Source of the DNA: Octopus sinensis
Lineage: Eukaryota
Length of the DNA: 64,000 bases
Direction: 5' to 3'
Assembly: GCF_006345805.1 (NCBI RefSeq)
Contig: NC_043014.1
Span: 50,778,001 to 50,842,000 of the forward strand
Shown: positions 1-14,133 of the stretch, piece by piece
How the letters are laid out: every line of letters begins with the position of its first letter
How positions within the stretch are numbered: position 1 is the first letter of the stretch
Made by a program: the position numbers and the translations under genes
The notes under the pieces: model-generated
Told to the model about the DNA's origin: nothing
The model's input: only the letters and a program-made list of their open reading frames with translations
The model's database searches: none

Positions 1-1890
1 TTATTCGATGCAATAAATCATCGCATCGTATCATTCTATGATATGAGGTCTAATGGAGTGTTGGTTCTGCACACATACGAAACACAAACAATGGTGTTTG
101 AATAGTGTTATACACAGTAAGGTCAGGAAATATAACAATATATTGTATCAGAGAAAAGGAAATATTTCTTTTTCATTTATATTTCGCTTGTTTCATTCAC
201 TGCATTGCGACCATGCTACAGCACGATACTGAAAGGTTTCGGAAGAACAACAGATCCCAGTACGTATTTTTAAAGTCTAGTACTTATTCTATCGGTATCA
301 TTTGCCGAACCACTACATTACACAGATGCAACTAAAACAAAACCCTTTTTTTTCTTTGGTAACAGAGGAAGGGGCAAAATATAAAAGATATCCCCACACT
401 TACAGAACCCATATACAAATAATATTCGACGGGTTTCAATCCAGACGTAGCTTACCAAATCCTGTCACAATTGATTCAGTTTTATGTTTGTTGATGTATA
501 TTCATTTATATGACACCCGATAACTACGGGTTATTCACATTTTCCCAGTTACTTTAAACAAATGCACCTCAGATTTTATCTATACTCTGTTCCATGGTAA
601 AAAGTCCCAGTGTATTTTGCTCGTATCATGGCGCAATTCATTGATAGTAAGTAGAGAGTAGCATAATATCGTTTTGAGATGTCAATTTTTCAGTTGATCT
701 TTGAATATTTATAATCAATTCAGAATTAGGGAAAGAAATAAAATTTTGGAAATTTTGGCAATCTTTGTAAGTAAAAGGAAAATCAAAAAAACGTCGGCAT
801 TCTATAGAACATTTCATAATGTAGAAAATATTATTGAAGAAAGAATGAAATATAAGTTTTGACGATTCTGTAAAATTCCACTTATCGTATGTTCTCAGAC
901 AAATTTTAAAGAATTAGTCTCCACATTTCTTTCTGCCTATTTATGGAAAATTAAATTTTCTTACGTATAAAATTATATAATTTTTAGTGGTTTGTACAAT
1001 GCTGCTGGCGAAGGCAACGTTTTGAGAGGAGATTTAGTTATGGAAGCATAATTTCTATTTATTATAGAAAAACCAGGTAAATGTGCAGTGTTGCTTGCCA
1101 ATAATACAACTAAACCATTCTATTAAGGATTTACTATGGTTCCATAATTGAGCAGAGATTACTTTTGTGATTCTAATTATAACAGGAGTTTATGCTTCAT
1201 AACTATCCCTAATTAAAGTTTTCCCAGCGTTGATTAATCATATTCAATAATCGGTAGAAAAACAAAAGAAAAACGAAATCTTTGTGATCTTTAAGTTCTG
1301 TGCTAGCGGCTAATCATTCCATTCTGTCATCTATATTAAATGTAGAGCCAATTTGTTTGGGTTTATGCCGTTTTATGTGTTCTACCTCCATTTATTTAAA
1401 TATTAGTAATATTTGGCAATCTTTTGTTATATGCTTTGTTCTCTAAATACAAAGATTTTCGATGTTTTAAATTATGTAATAATCTTAAAGTTTTGTATAA
1501 TGAAGATTCGCCGTTGCTTCGGTATTTCTAAAAAAACCCAGATATTTTACCAGAATGAAGAAATCTTTTTCAAATTGCTTCAAGTCCCATCTTGCATAGC
1601 TGGTACTTTTGTCTTAATAAATACATATTCTCTTTTTGTATTTCAGATAAATATTTGTCCCAAAATATCTCTGCTGCCTCATTTTTCATCAACATTGTCT
1701 TGGCTTTCGGATGAAGAATTTCAGGTAATATATTTTAGAGGCAACGGTGAACATATTCAGAGGCTACCGTTGCACATTCAGTTAGCTGTTAGCGATCTAT
1801 GTAAATTTTGCTCGATGAGAATGTGCTACGAATATATATGTAAATAATAAAGAAGAAGCAAAAGACGGAAGCGAGATTGCGCAATAATCC

Positions 1891-2025
1891 AAGGCCAGAA
1901 ATTGGTGGGGCAGGGACTAGTCGATTTCAGCGTTTCACTGGTACTTAATTTGTCGACTCCGAAAGGATGAAAGGCAAAGTCGGCTTCGGCGGCATTTGAA
2001 CTCAGAGCGTAGCGGCAGGTAGTGT
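1891..2025 (-). mobile_element. SINE family A fragment (core + 3' tail), decayed
   Basis: Matches the ctggtacttaatt...gaaaggatgaaaggcaaagtcg...tttgaactcag core shared by >15 copies in the window. Confidence 0.8.
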
Positions 2026-2809
2026 ATAGGAAATTCTTAAACCCTTACATTTCACCTTTCTGATCTTTAGGAGCATTAAAATACTATATAACTGAGCTTT
2101 GCATACCCTTAAATCAGTCTTTGTACTGGAGTTGATGCTTATTTCATCAGCGTTAGACATTTGATCATAATAACGAACTGATTGTAAGAGAAAAGGTTTC
2201 TGAAAATATTTCGTATACATCGTTTCAAATACAACAGAGATAAACGTTGTTTATTATTTCAACTATAACTTTAAGATATCCCACACATGATATAATGACT
2301 ACAGATATAATTCTAATATATTTGCAGTATCCATAGTCATATACAAACTAGAATCGTGATGCCGGGACCTTTTTCTTCCGGCGTCACGATTGGTAAATAG
2401 GTAACATTTTCACTTCTTGGATTACCTGACGTGACTAATTCACCAATGGTCTTTGTATAATTATGGACATCAAAACCTAACCTGGATGGCATTCGGCGAT
2501 CTACCAGTATCTGTATCTCTTTGTGAATGTATAAAAATTGGTGTTGGTATGAAATTCAATTGCTTTGAGAATAATTACCTCACGTATGCCAGCCACAGGA
2601 AAATCAATAGTTAATTTAGTATAAAGATATCCAATGTGATGAGAATACTGAAAACCTGGCAAGAAATAATTATGCTCCGAGAAGAAATCAATATTAATTA
2701 ATGTCTAATTTTTTGTTAAGTATTTCCTCAAATATGATAAGTATGGTCTGTTTCTCACGTATGCTGACCTCTCCAACGAGGTATATACATATATGACTGC
2801 ATATACCCA

Positions 2810-2905
<96 letters not shown>

Positions 2906-2912
2906 AGTTTAC

Positions 2913-2945
<33 letters not shown>

Positions 2946-2968
2946 ACTCAATCTATCTATCTATCTCG

Positions 2969-3028
<60 letters not shown>

Positions 3029-3092
3029 ATATCTATTTATCTATCTATCTATCTGTCTGTCTGCCTGTCTGTCTGTCTGTCTGTCTATCTAT

Positions 3093-3131
<39 letters not shown>

Positions 3132-3132
3132 A

Positions 3133-3170
<38 letters not shown>

Positions 3171-3172
3171 CT

Positions 3173-3261
<89 letters not shown>

Positions 3262-3266
3262 ATATA
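2810..3266. repeat. Compound microsatellite (TATC)n-(TC)n-(TA)n
   Basis: Direct reading; source of the IYLS-repeat ORF 2793..3347. Confidence 0.98.
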
Positions 3267-4000
<734 letters not shown>

Positions 4001-4528
4001 ATGTCAAATAATATTTCGCTGAAAACATTGAATTTTGCTATGCAAAATTTATCCACAAAATTTATCCACCAGATGTCATCATAGAATGGAAATGCGCTTG
4101 CTACTGTATACACACTAGCAATTCCATCATATCTACGGAGTTTATATAAACAGATAAACAACAGAAACTAATTTACTAATTGTATCATCTGACCAACTTA
4201 CTTTACTGCCTGGTGTAAAAATTGTGTAAAACGACCCTTCTGATTTTAAATAAAGAATGTTGTTCATTCTGTTTTCTGATTTATATAAGTACACACACAC
4301 AGAAAAAGACGCACACACATACACACATACACACAGGCACACACATATCAAATTAAATACACAATCGAAAGAGCAACTAATAGTTGCAGGCTGTGATGAT
4401 AGTTTAACAGGCATATTTTAAAGTATGCCATGCAATTTAAAGCATTCTGTCAGACTCTGTTTATTCATTGTATATATGTTTTAAAAACCAGAACTCTGGA
4501 CAGTAAGGAAATAAGAAAATAAGAAAAA

Positions 4529-4844
4529 CCCTGAATAAGGTTTGTTTAAGGATGTTGAAAGAACCACCTATGTTTCCAAAGGTGTATTATTCAAACCCCA
4601 AAGAATTCTACTTAACACATGGCTATGATGTTCCCCCACTACTTCTGCTCGTGATCACAGATTCACATATAGTAAGCCACCAAGTTAAGGTCAACTAGTT
4701 AAGGTCAAACAACTGACAAGCAAATCTGTGGTATTGAGCAGAATATTTGCTGTAGCCCATCTTTTATACCAAGACAAAACAATGTACATGATAACACTTC
4801 CAATCAGCTAAGATCAGAAGCCACTGTCTGCTACTGCATCAGGG

Positions 4845-4846
<2 letters not shown>
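4529..4846 (-). mobile_element. 5' part of a (TAA)n-associated non-coding retroposon (family YX)
   Basis: Reverse complement aligns to 60636-60960; starts gccctgatgcagta immediately after (TAA)n as the other copy does. Confidence 0.85.
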
Positions 4847-4901
<55 letters not shown>

Positions 4902-5100
4902 CGATATTTTCATTAGCATCTCTCAGTTCGGTTTCCATTTCTTGTCGAGCGACTCCCTCACACCTACAACAACAACAATAACAATAATAATAATGATAAT
5001 AATAATAACAATAATAATAACAACAACAAAAACAACGACAACAACCACAAGAGCCGCAGCAACAACAACAAAAACAACAACAACAATAATGATAATAATA
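4847..5100. repeat. (ATT)n then (CAA/TAA)n triplet arrays
   Basis: Direct reading. Confidence 0.95.
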
Positions 5101-5408
5101 AAAAGGAGCAAAGACCTGGAACTAGAGGTAAGTCGAATGTGGAGCTAAAAATCAGAAACAATTCCTATTATAGTAGGCGCATTAGGTATGATAAAGAAAA
5201 ACATTCAGACAAATACATAATAAAAAAAAAACAGGACTAACAAGTATATATAATATCCCCCCAAAAATAGCACCTACTATGCACCGCACACAACCCTTAA
5301 ATACAGTGAAAATAAAAGTACCACAAAAAACCACAGCACATACCTAAGGCACACAGAGCTGCGCTCAGTAGCGCGGTTAAAGCACGCGATAAAAGTAAGA
5401 CTACTGAA
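5101..5408 (+). mobile_element. Decayed 3' end of R4/Dong-type (RLE) non-LTR retrotransposon
   Basis: Reads SKDLELEVSRMWS*KSETIPIIVGALGMIKK, homologous to 39062-39253; followed by 3'UTR and triplet array. Confidence 0.8.
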
Positions 5409-5409
5409 T

Positions 5410-5417
5410 AATAGTAA

Positions 5418-5464
<47 letters not shown>

Positions 5465-5616
5465 ATAATAATAATAATAATAATCATAATAATAATGATA
5501 ATGATAATAATAATGATAATAATAATAATAAAAATAATAATCATAGTAATAATAAAAATAAAATATTTATAATAGTAATAATAAAAAAATAATAATCATA
5601 GTAATAATAAAAATAA

Positions 5617-5647
<31 letters not shown>

Positions 5648-5649
5648 TT

Positions 5650-5698
<49 letters not shown>

Positions 5699-5761
5699 TA
5701 ATAATAATAATAATAGTGAAAATTATTATTATGATTATTATTATTTTCATTATTATAATTT

Positions 5762-5817
<56 letters not shown>

Positions 5818-6070
5818 TTATTTTTATTATTACTATGATTATTATTATTTTTTTATTATTACTATTATAAATATTTTTATTTTTATTATTACTATGATTA
5901 TTATTTTTATTATTATTATTATCATTATTATTATCATTATCATTATTATTATGATTATTATTATTATCATTATCATTATTATTATCATTATCATTATTAT
6001 TATGATTATTATTATTATCATTATCATTATTATTATCATTATTATTACTACTACTACTACTTCTACTACA
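5410..6070. repeat. (ACT)n-(TAA)n switching to (TTA)n-(ACT)n; inverted AT-rich triplet array
   Basis: Direct reading; strand switch near 5720. Confidence 0.95.
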
Positions 6071-6473
6071 ATTCTTCATGTTACTATTATTGCATTTAAA
6101 AGGGGAAAAACAAAAAATAATTCCAGGTACATTATGGTGTGTGTCAGCAAGTGCACACTTCAGTTCCCATCGTGTGTGAAGTTATTAAATTCCTGGATGT
6201 GCATGCTTTCCATCTAATTAGCTGCGTTGGATTGTTTGCTTCGAAGCGACGTGTGTTGCATTAATTTTTTGCTTTTCCTTGTTGTGAAATATATTTATTT
6301 GTTTTTTTGTTTTTTTGCTCGTAGTAAAAATATTGGGTGATGCGTATGTGCCAGATAGCTAGTGTGCTATAATATAGTGTGGTGTATTTGCTGCGAGTGT
6401 GTTACAAATAAATTAGGTGCTGCGCATACGTAACCTAGCTATCAACCTTTAGATGATAGACACTGTAAACCTA

Positions 6474-6890
6474 ACTCTTTTACTCTTTTACTCTTTTAGT
6501 TGTTTCAGTCATTTGACTGCGGCCTTGCTGGAGCACCGCCTTTTAATCGAGCAACTCGACCCCGGGACTTATTATTTTGTAAGCCCAGTACTTATTCTAT
6601 CGGTCTCTTTTGCCGAACCGTTAGGTGACGGGGACGTAAACACACCAGCATCGGTTGTCAAGCAATGCTAGGGGGACAAACACAGACACACAAAGACACA
6701 CACATATATATATATATACATATATACGACAAGCTTCTTTCAGTTTCCGTCTACCAAATCCACTCACAAGGCATTGGTCGGCCCGGGGCTATAGCAGAAG
6801 ACACTTGCCCAAGATGCCACGCAGTGGGACTGAACCCGGAACCATGTGGTTGGTTAGCAAGCTACTTACCACACAGCCACTCCTGCGCCT
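6474..6890 (-). mobile_element. tRNA-derived SINE family B, near full length, with internal (TA)(TG) microsatellite and (TAAAAGAG)n tail
   Basis: Reverse complement of 42131-42564; head ggcgcaggagtggctgtgtggtaag...ggttcagtccc has A/B-box-like motifs. Confidence 0.92.
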
Positions 6891-6947
6891 GTTGAATTTT
6901 TGGCGTAGCTCACCTTGCGAGTATCCACTACAGACATAAAATATTTA

Positions 6948-7301
6948 GCTACAAGCATTTCGACCCCGAAAGGATTAAAGGCAAAGTGGACCTCGGCGGA
7001 ATTTGAACTCAGAACGTAACGGCAGACGAAATACCGCTAAGCATTTCGCCCTGCGTGCTAACGTTTCTTACTTCTTTATTGCCCACGAGGGGTTAAACAT
7101 AGAGGAGACAAACAAGGACAGACAAACTGATTAAGTCGATTACATCGACCCCAGTGCGTAACTGGTATTAATTTATCGATCCCGAAAGGATGAAAGGCAA
7201 AGTCGACCTCGGCGGAATTCGAACTCAAAACGTAACGGCAGACGAAATACGAAATACGGCAACGCATTTCGCCCGGCGTGCTAACGTTTCTGCCAGCTCG
7301 C
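6948..7301 (-). mobile_element. SINE family A, dimeric (complete unit followed by truncated second unit)
   Basis: Two tandem copies of the head/core; junction after gcaataaagaagt. Confidence 0.9.
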
Positions 7302-9177
7302 AGTGTTGTATTAAGAAAAAAAATATCAGGTTTTTTATCCTTTGAACATTAAAACGCTTCCGAAATTTTCAAGTTGTTCATAATTATTTGGGATAATTGT
7401 TGGTGTCTTAAAACATTTTCGAATGTGATTATATCTCTGAATTCAACAAAACGTCAATAAATTATGAAACAACCCCCCCCACACACACACGCATACATAT
7501 ACATACACGCGCATACTCACACGCACGCACGCACACCCAGACGCACACTACTGTTAAAAAATGACGTTGCCAATGTCGCTGATCTATATTTAAATTTACT
7601 TTTCTGTCCTCTTTCTTAATTGATGACACTACACTTTATTAATGCATTGCCTTAGAATTAGTTTTTTTTCTGCTCAACGAAATAATTATTTTCTGCTAAA
7701 TGTGAAGGTATCTTGCTCTTCACAACACTTAGAATGTTTCCCTCTCTCTAATGTAAATAGCTTAACATCTAGTACGTTTAAATGAGTATGGCGTATCCTA
7801 TGGGATAAAGAAAATCTTAGCTTAACCCTTAGCGTAGATCTGGCAGAAAAGTGTTCAATCGCTAAGATATTTTTTTATACGGTCATCGTTTTAGTATCTC
7901 TTAACCATTAATGCTCGTTTGATAGCAAGTGTATTGGAGAATTATCATGCTAATATTTGACTGCTATTTCTAGAAGAGAAGGCGGTAACCTAGATTCTCT
8001 AGATTTTTCCTCGCTGGATTATGTACATATTAGTTACAAACTCAATGATAACAAATTGTATGAATTCCTCTCATGTGAACACAAATTATTTCCCGTGTCT
8101 TCTAAATCATTTGACATTAATGAGTTTCGATTTAAACTGATCAGAACTATGAAATATACAGAAGAAGTGCACAAATCTTGCAAGAAATAAAATGCCATAA
8201 AAGATTACGAAATGAATGTCTGAATATTATTGCTGTGTTTGTTAATTAATTTCTTTTGAAAGGAAACTGAACGTAATTTAAAGTTAGTCTTTATATAAGA
8301 TGATATCATTTCCTCTCCTAACAAGGATGCCGACTTAACGACGCCATGCCGCTTGGAAGTGATTTACACTACATATTACTGATGCTATCGCTGCTCAACA
8401 TGAAGTAGATTTTCTTCCAATATTAATAATAAACTAAATTGGCAAATGATGCTCAGTGTGTGGTATTGAAAATTATCCAACCATTCATGCGTCCCAGTTT
8501 CTTTCATTTATTTAATACTATAATGAATAAATCGATATAGCTTTCATATGTGTGTGTACGACGATTACAAATTGACAGTGCATTTCTCATTAGCTTAAAA
8601 TACTTTATGTCTCCTAAATAATGGTTATTTATCTGATAGCATAAATGTCCATAGTGCTATATTTACGATAATGTATACCATCACATTCAATATCAATATA
8701 ACAGTATCAGTAATGACCATGCTGTTTGAAATATAATAATTTACGGTCTACGAAGCCTAAATCACATTTAGCAAAGACAGTTGGAGATCAGACAATAGTC
8801 GCAGTTGTCGCCATGGTCGTCATATTTAAGCCATTCGTTAGGCACCCAGAAGAGGTCACATTGTTGTTGTTGTTGCTGTTTAAATCCAGTTTATCTCTGA
8901 TCAAGGAGAATTACAATAAAAATCATTACAAAATCTACTAATCGTTAAATAGTCATTGTTGGCACTAATTGTTCATAAAAGAGTTATTAGTGCTTAGGCA
9001 ATAATTCTGAATGCTAATTTTTCCGTGCTAATACTCGTTACTTTAAGTGCTAATTGACTATAGTAATTATAGAAAACAATGATAAATGCTGTCTATTAGG
9101 TGCACAGTCTTAGGTACAACTTTACACTAGAGCTCGAAGACATGGGTAGAGAGGATACAATATAGTATTTATCACCG

Positions 9178-9409
9178 TAGGCGGCGAGGTGGCAGAAACG
9201 TTAGCACGCCGGACGAAATGCGTAGCCGTATTTCGTCTATCGTTACGTTCCGAGTTCAAATTCCGCCGAGGTCGACTTTGCCTTTCATCCTTTCGGGGTC
9301 GATAAATTAAGTACCAGTCACGCACTGGGGTCGATATAATCGACTTAATCCGTTTGCCTGTCCTCGTTTGTCCCCTCTGTGTTTAGCCCCTTGTGGGTAG
9401 TAAAGAAAT
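9178..9409 (+). mobile_element. SINE family A monomer with imperfect TSD
   Basis: Head ggcggcgaggtggcagaaacgttagc, B-box gagttcaaattcc, tail gtagtaaagaaata; flanks atatagtatttatcacc / atatagtatatatcccc. Confidence 0.92.
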
Positions 9410-10287
9410 ATATAGTATATATCCCCGTTTTATTAATTCACAGTTCTGTTATTATTTTTATTGTTAATGTTAATGCAGCTGTCATCGTCGGGATCAGTAC
9501 TGGCCATCTTGAGGTCAGTCTGATGAGGAAATACCATGGTTGAAAATGACCAAACCTTAAAATTTCATGTTTTGCTGTTCCCACATTATTTATACATTAT
9601 GCCGTAAATCTATGTTTCTTCTATTCAGAGAGTGGGAAAACATCTGAAGGTGAACAAGCTGCTATTTCCAGCAGGCCAAGAAACCGCACAAAGCTTTATC
9701 GGTGACGTATTGCTGTGGTACAATATATGTGTATAAAGCAGATAAAGAGACTTCGTCTGGGGTAGAGAATCACCAGATCAGTTTTCGCATATAATTCATA
9801 TCTTGTAAAATACATCTTGAAATTTAAAAACTTATTAGAATACTACGACTGCATTTAAAACAGCAAAAGCTGTTTATAGATATAGTTTGATATCACAATA
9901 GTGGACGCAGTACTGTGTTGCTAATAAATCCGCTTCGAAATAGCGCAGTGTCACATTCAAAATCCCCATTGGGCGAGTGTCTAACAGCACGGCATTCATT
10001 GATATAGTTTCAAAAAGGAAATTTCGAAGATAGAATCGGCCTGTATGTAAATTTAACTGTTCGTTCTTGTTGGGCGGTAGGTTTACTTCATCGCCTAAAT
10101 TAAGCTATTGAACTCTCTATGTTAATCCACTGTGTTAAAATAACACCGGCTAATGTCCCTGGTCTGTTTTAGGTTACATTTTTTTAAATAAGTTTTTGCG
10201 ACTTCTAATTAATTCACACATAGAGTATAACTGAAGTGTCATTGGATGTGGGAGACCTTGCACATCCTTGTAAATAGAAACAATATC

Positions 10288-10501
10288 CTTTTCTACTCTA
10301 GGTACAAGGCCCGAAATTTTTGGGGAGGGGGGCAGTCGATTAGATCGAATCCAGTAAACAGCTGGTACTTAATTTATCGACCCCGGAAGGATGAAAGGCA
10401 AAGTCGACCTCGGTAGAATTTGAACTTAGAACATAACGGCAGACGAAATACTGCTAAGCATTATGCCCGGCGTGCTAACAATTCTGCTAGCTCGCCTCCT
10501 T
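10288..10501 (-). mobile_element. SINE family A (alternative aggccttgtacctagagtagaa tail) with 17-bp TSD
   Basis: taaatagaaacaatatc (10271-10287) vs taaatagaaacactatc (10502-10518). Confidence 0.9.
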
Positions 10502-11149
10502 TAAATAGAAACACTATCAACAGACAAGCGATATATAAAATTTCCAGTTTCTCAATGGAAGGCTCGAACAAGGCGAGATGGTCATAGCAAGAATACTCAG
10601 AACAAGAGACGACGCAATATAATCCAACTTGGCGTCACACAAGCATATCAACGAATTTACAATGAGATTGGAAATATATTTTTTTTCTTTTTACTGGAGA
10701 ATAATTAGACACTTATCCCACATAATTATTGCAGTAGTTTCAATTACAAATTGCTAAAACGCAATTTTCCCTAATCCACAATGAGCATATCGCGAAATCG
10801 ACTTTTCTAAATATTCATTCTAATGGCATTTTCAAAATAAAGAATAAAAACAAACAAATGGATATATATATATATATTGAAATATTGTTATCGGAAAGCA
10901 ATAAAAATGTATCCCACATTGTATTGTATTTGAGATTTTATCTCATTAACTGAACACACTCATACACACCTACAGCCACACACACGTACACGCACAAACA
11001 CACACAAACACACACACATATTAATTAGAAGCGGGTGTTGCACTTACGGTCATAAGACTGTCATTTCGATTCCTAGATCGGGTGACACTGGGGTCGATGT
11101 AATTCTGCGGAGTTCAAATTCTTAGATAAGTGTAAATGGTAGAAGACGT

Positions 11150-11342
11150 GAAATGTGCGTAACTGGTACTTAATTTATCGATCCCGAAAGGATGAAAGGC
11201 AAAGTCAACCTCGGCGGAATTTGAACTCAGAACGTTTATCTAAGCTACGGGGACGTAAACACGCCAGCATCGATTGCCAAGCGATGTTGGGGGGACAAAT
11301 TTAGCCCCGGCGTGCTAATGTTTCTTTCAGCTCGCCGCCTTA
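11150..11342 (-). mobile_element. Chimeric SINE: family A with a family B segment replacing part of the head
   Basis: A core to ...ctcagaacgt, then ggggacgtaaacacgccagcatcg...gggggacaaa (B), then A head ccggcgtgctaa...gctcgccgcc. Confidence 0.75.
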
Positions 11343-12554
11343 TCCTTCCTCACCACATACCCATACCAGCGCGCTCCATTCCCCCTTGCCATTGCATTCA
11401 CCCGTTCCACCGATTCCTCCATCCCCGGCATCCCCATCGAATCATCAGTCCTCCTCTTATCAAACAGCTCCACTCCACACATTTCTTTCATTGTTCTTGC
11501 GAATCCTTTTCGTCCGCTGCGTATTTACACCTTATTTAATTTAAGTTTCTCGTGCTTAGGTACGTCATTAACCTGTTTAATCTTTGCATACCTCTGTAAG
11601 GTTGCATATTTATTTTGAGCTCTGCTATGTCTGCACATGTGACTGCATATATTTGTTTTAATGCCGTTCTTTAAGGTTATGCAGATCTACATCTATATAT
11701 CATTATATGCCCATTGGGTTTGAGAGCTAATGGTTAACAAGTACATTTATTCAAAAATTGAAGATCACTATTCCAAAGAAAACACTTATTTTAAAGGAAA
11801 AAAAACTAAAATTCAGTAAAAATAAATATAGGAAAGAATATATTCACGTGGGATGTTTATTTCCAGCAAACTATACACTCACATACTTACAGATGTGGAC
11901 TCACAGTAATACACATCCTCTCTCACTTACTGACATACAAGTACATACGTATACTTATTCATCTATATTTTTGCATTGCTTCATTTTCGAATAGATTTAC
12001 ATACAATTTTTTTTTCAATTTTTGTTTGGTTTCTGTTAAATTTGTTATTGCACACGTCTTTGAGTAGCGTTAGTCCTCTCTACACCGTAAGCATAACTAC
12101 AGAATATGAACATTTATCTTAAAGTCTTCTCTACAAAAAAAAAAAAGAATCATAGGTACAAAAACACAGTATCCTTCTAACAAGCATCACCAGAAAATTT
12201 GCTGAAAAACATTAAGTGGAATATACTTCTGGTTAAAAGAATTCGTTTACGAAATGCTAATTGATTCCTAGTTCAGTTGCGAGACAAGTTGTTGCTCAAA
12301 TAATACTGAACTCACTGGAAGTTTCGAGAAATATAACTTCAAAATTGGAGAGTAACTAAAGGTAAATATTTATTAAAAGTCTTTCAAAGCAGGTAAATGA
12401 CAAATCGCATAGAATGGTTTATAATATTTACAATACTCACCCTTCTCACAATTAGCAACACAAATATAAAATATCCGCCTATAATACTTTGAAACCTATT
12501 TGTTGTGTGTACGCCCCCAGACGATGAAGTAGACTAGCCCAGTACGTAGATATA

Positions 12555-12978
12555 TATTTCTTTATTGCCCACAATGGGCTAAACACAGAGGGGACAAACA
12601 AGGACAGACAAACGGATTAAGTTGATTACATCGACCTCAGTGCTTAACTGGTACTTAATTTATAGACCCCGGAAGGATGAAAGGCAAAGTCGACTTCGGT
12701 GGAATTTGAACTCAGGATGTAACGACAGACGAAATACCTGTTTCTTTACTACCCACAAGGGGCCAAACACAAAGAGGACAAACAAGGACAGACAAACGGA
12801 TTAAGTCGATTACATCGACCCCAGTGCGTAACTGGTACTTTATTTATCGACCCCGAAAGGATGAAAGGCAAAGTCGACCTCGGGGGAATTTGAACTCGGA
12901 ACGTAACGACAGACGAAATACGGTTACGCATTTCCCCCCCTGCGTGCTAACGTTTCTGCCAGCTCGCCGCATTCCCAA
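12555..12978 (-). mobile_element. Dimeric SINE family A flanked as one unit by a 12-bp TSD
   Basis: tacgtagatata at 12543-12554 and 12979-12990. Confidence 0.92.
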
Positions 12979-14133
12979 TACGTAGATATAGAGGGAGAAG
13001 TCTAGACATCGTGGGGTAGCAGTACAGTAGGGTGGAGTAGAAGTCATCCGATCGTGCGACATAACAGTCTCGACAAGGATTTCGTAGCTCACACAACCAC
13101 TGTGTAGTATTGCGGCATAATACTATTTATGGCGAGGAAAATTAAGCGCAGGCATGTTAGATAATAGGAAAGAGGGCACAGATTCTCTCTTTGCACCTAA
13201 TAAATCTAACGTGGCTATCAAGCATATCATCGAAATATTTCGACTAATATCACAAGTCACAACTAAAGGAGAACAAGGATTAATCAATAAAAACATATTT
13301 ATTAAATTCAACACTGATACTCAGAAAATAGCAAATGTACAAAATGGAACAACAGAGCATCGGTTATATATTGCTTGAAACATAACTTTTATGAAGCCAC
13401 CAAATATTTTTTATTGAATTTGATTTTGTTGTACACTAACCTGATATTGTTAAAATATATTGCGGAAAAGAACAGAATCGATCGCAAAAACATATAATAT
13501 TGCGGTACCCTTTAAATATTCATATTCTGAGATAATATTTCTATTTTGATACACAATAATATGTATCTTCATAAAACTGATTGAATTTGCAAAAATAGAT
13601 TCCGATAATGAGCTAGACAACAGGTTAAGATCATTAAAATATTCTGAAGCTGCAGAAAGAGCTCCCGGGTGACTTTGGATAAAGAGAGTAGAGCAGTCGT
13701 TTACTGTTATTGGAATGCAGCCTGGGGCTCGATCAAGTGCCAATTCCGACAGGGTCTAATGCTGAAAGATCCGAAAGCCCTTGAAACTCCAGAAACATCA
13801 CTGACTATGCATTCCAGAGCATCGCCAAGTTATATTTTAAACATTTACCTAGTGTTGCAAACATTAAGGTAAATATTACTTTGAAATTTTAGCACTAGGC
13901 CAGCATTCTTTGTGGTAGAGGATAAATTAATTACAAGATTAAGAAGGAAGAGGAAGGGAGAAAGGAAAACTACATTTCCAGTCCAGCTCAGTGGATTTTA
14001 CAAACATTCGCGATACGGTGAACTTTTTCTTCCAAGACACCTTTCGCTGCAATGGCCTATCCATACACACATACATAAGTACATAGATATGAACACGCAT
14101 GCATGTGCGCGCATACACACACGTGCATATATA

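Noticed and set aside
4529-4846. HDV-like ribozyme at the 5' end of YX (GCCCUGA could pair with UCAGGGU ~310 nt downstream)
   Set aside because: No P3/L3, P1.1 or catalytic-C arrangement next to the putative P1 3' strand, and the other copy reads UCAGGGA.
9630-9705. Possible exon after ttcttctattcag (ESGKTSEGEQAAISSRPRNRTKLY)
   Set aside because: Weak donor, no recognisable protein, and it may be an old repeat remnant.
12975-13870. Several 60-97 aa ORFs in a relatively complex region
   Set aside because: No recognisable domain, overlapping on both strands, and no consistent splice structure.
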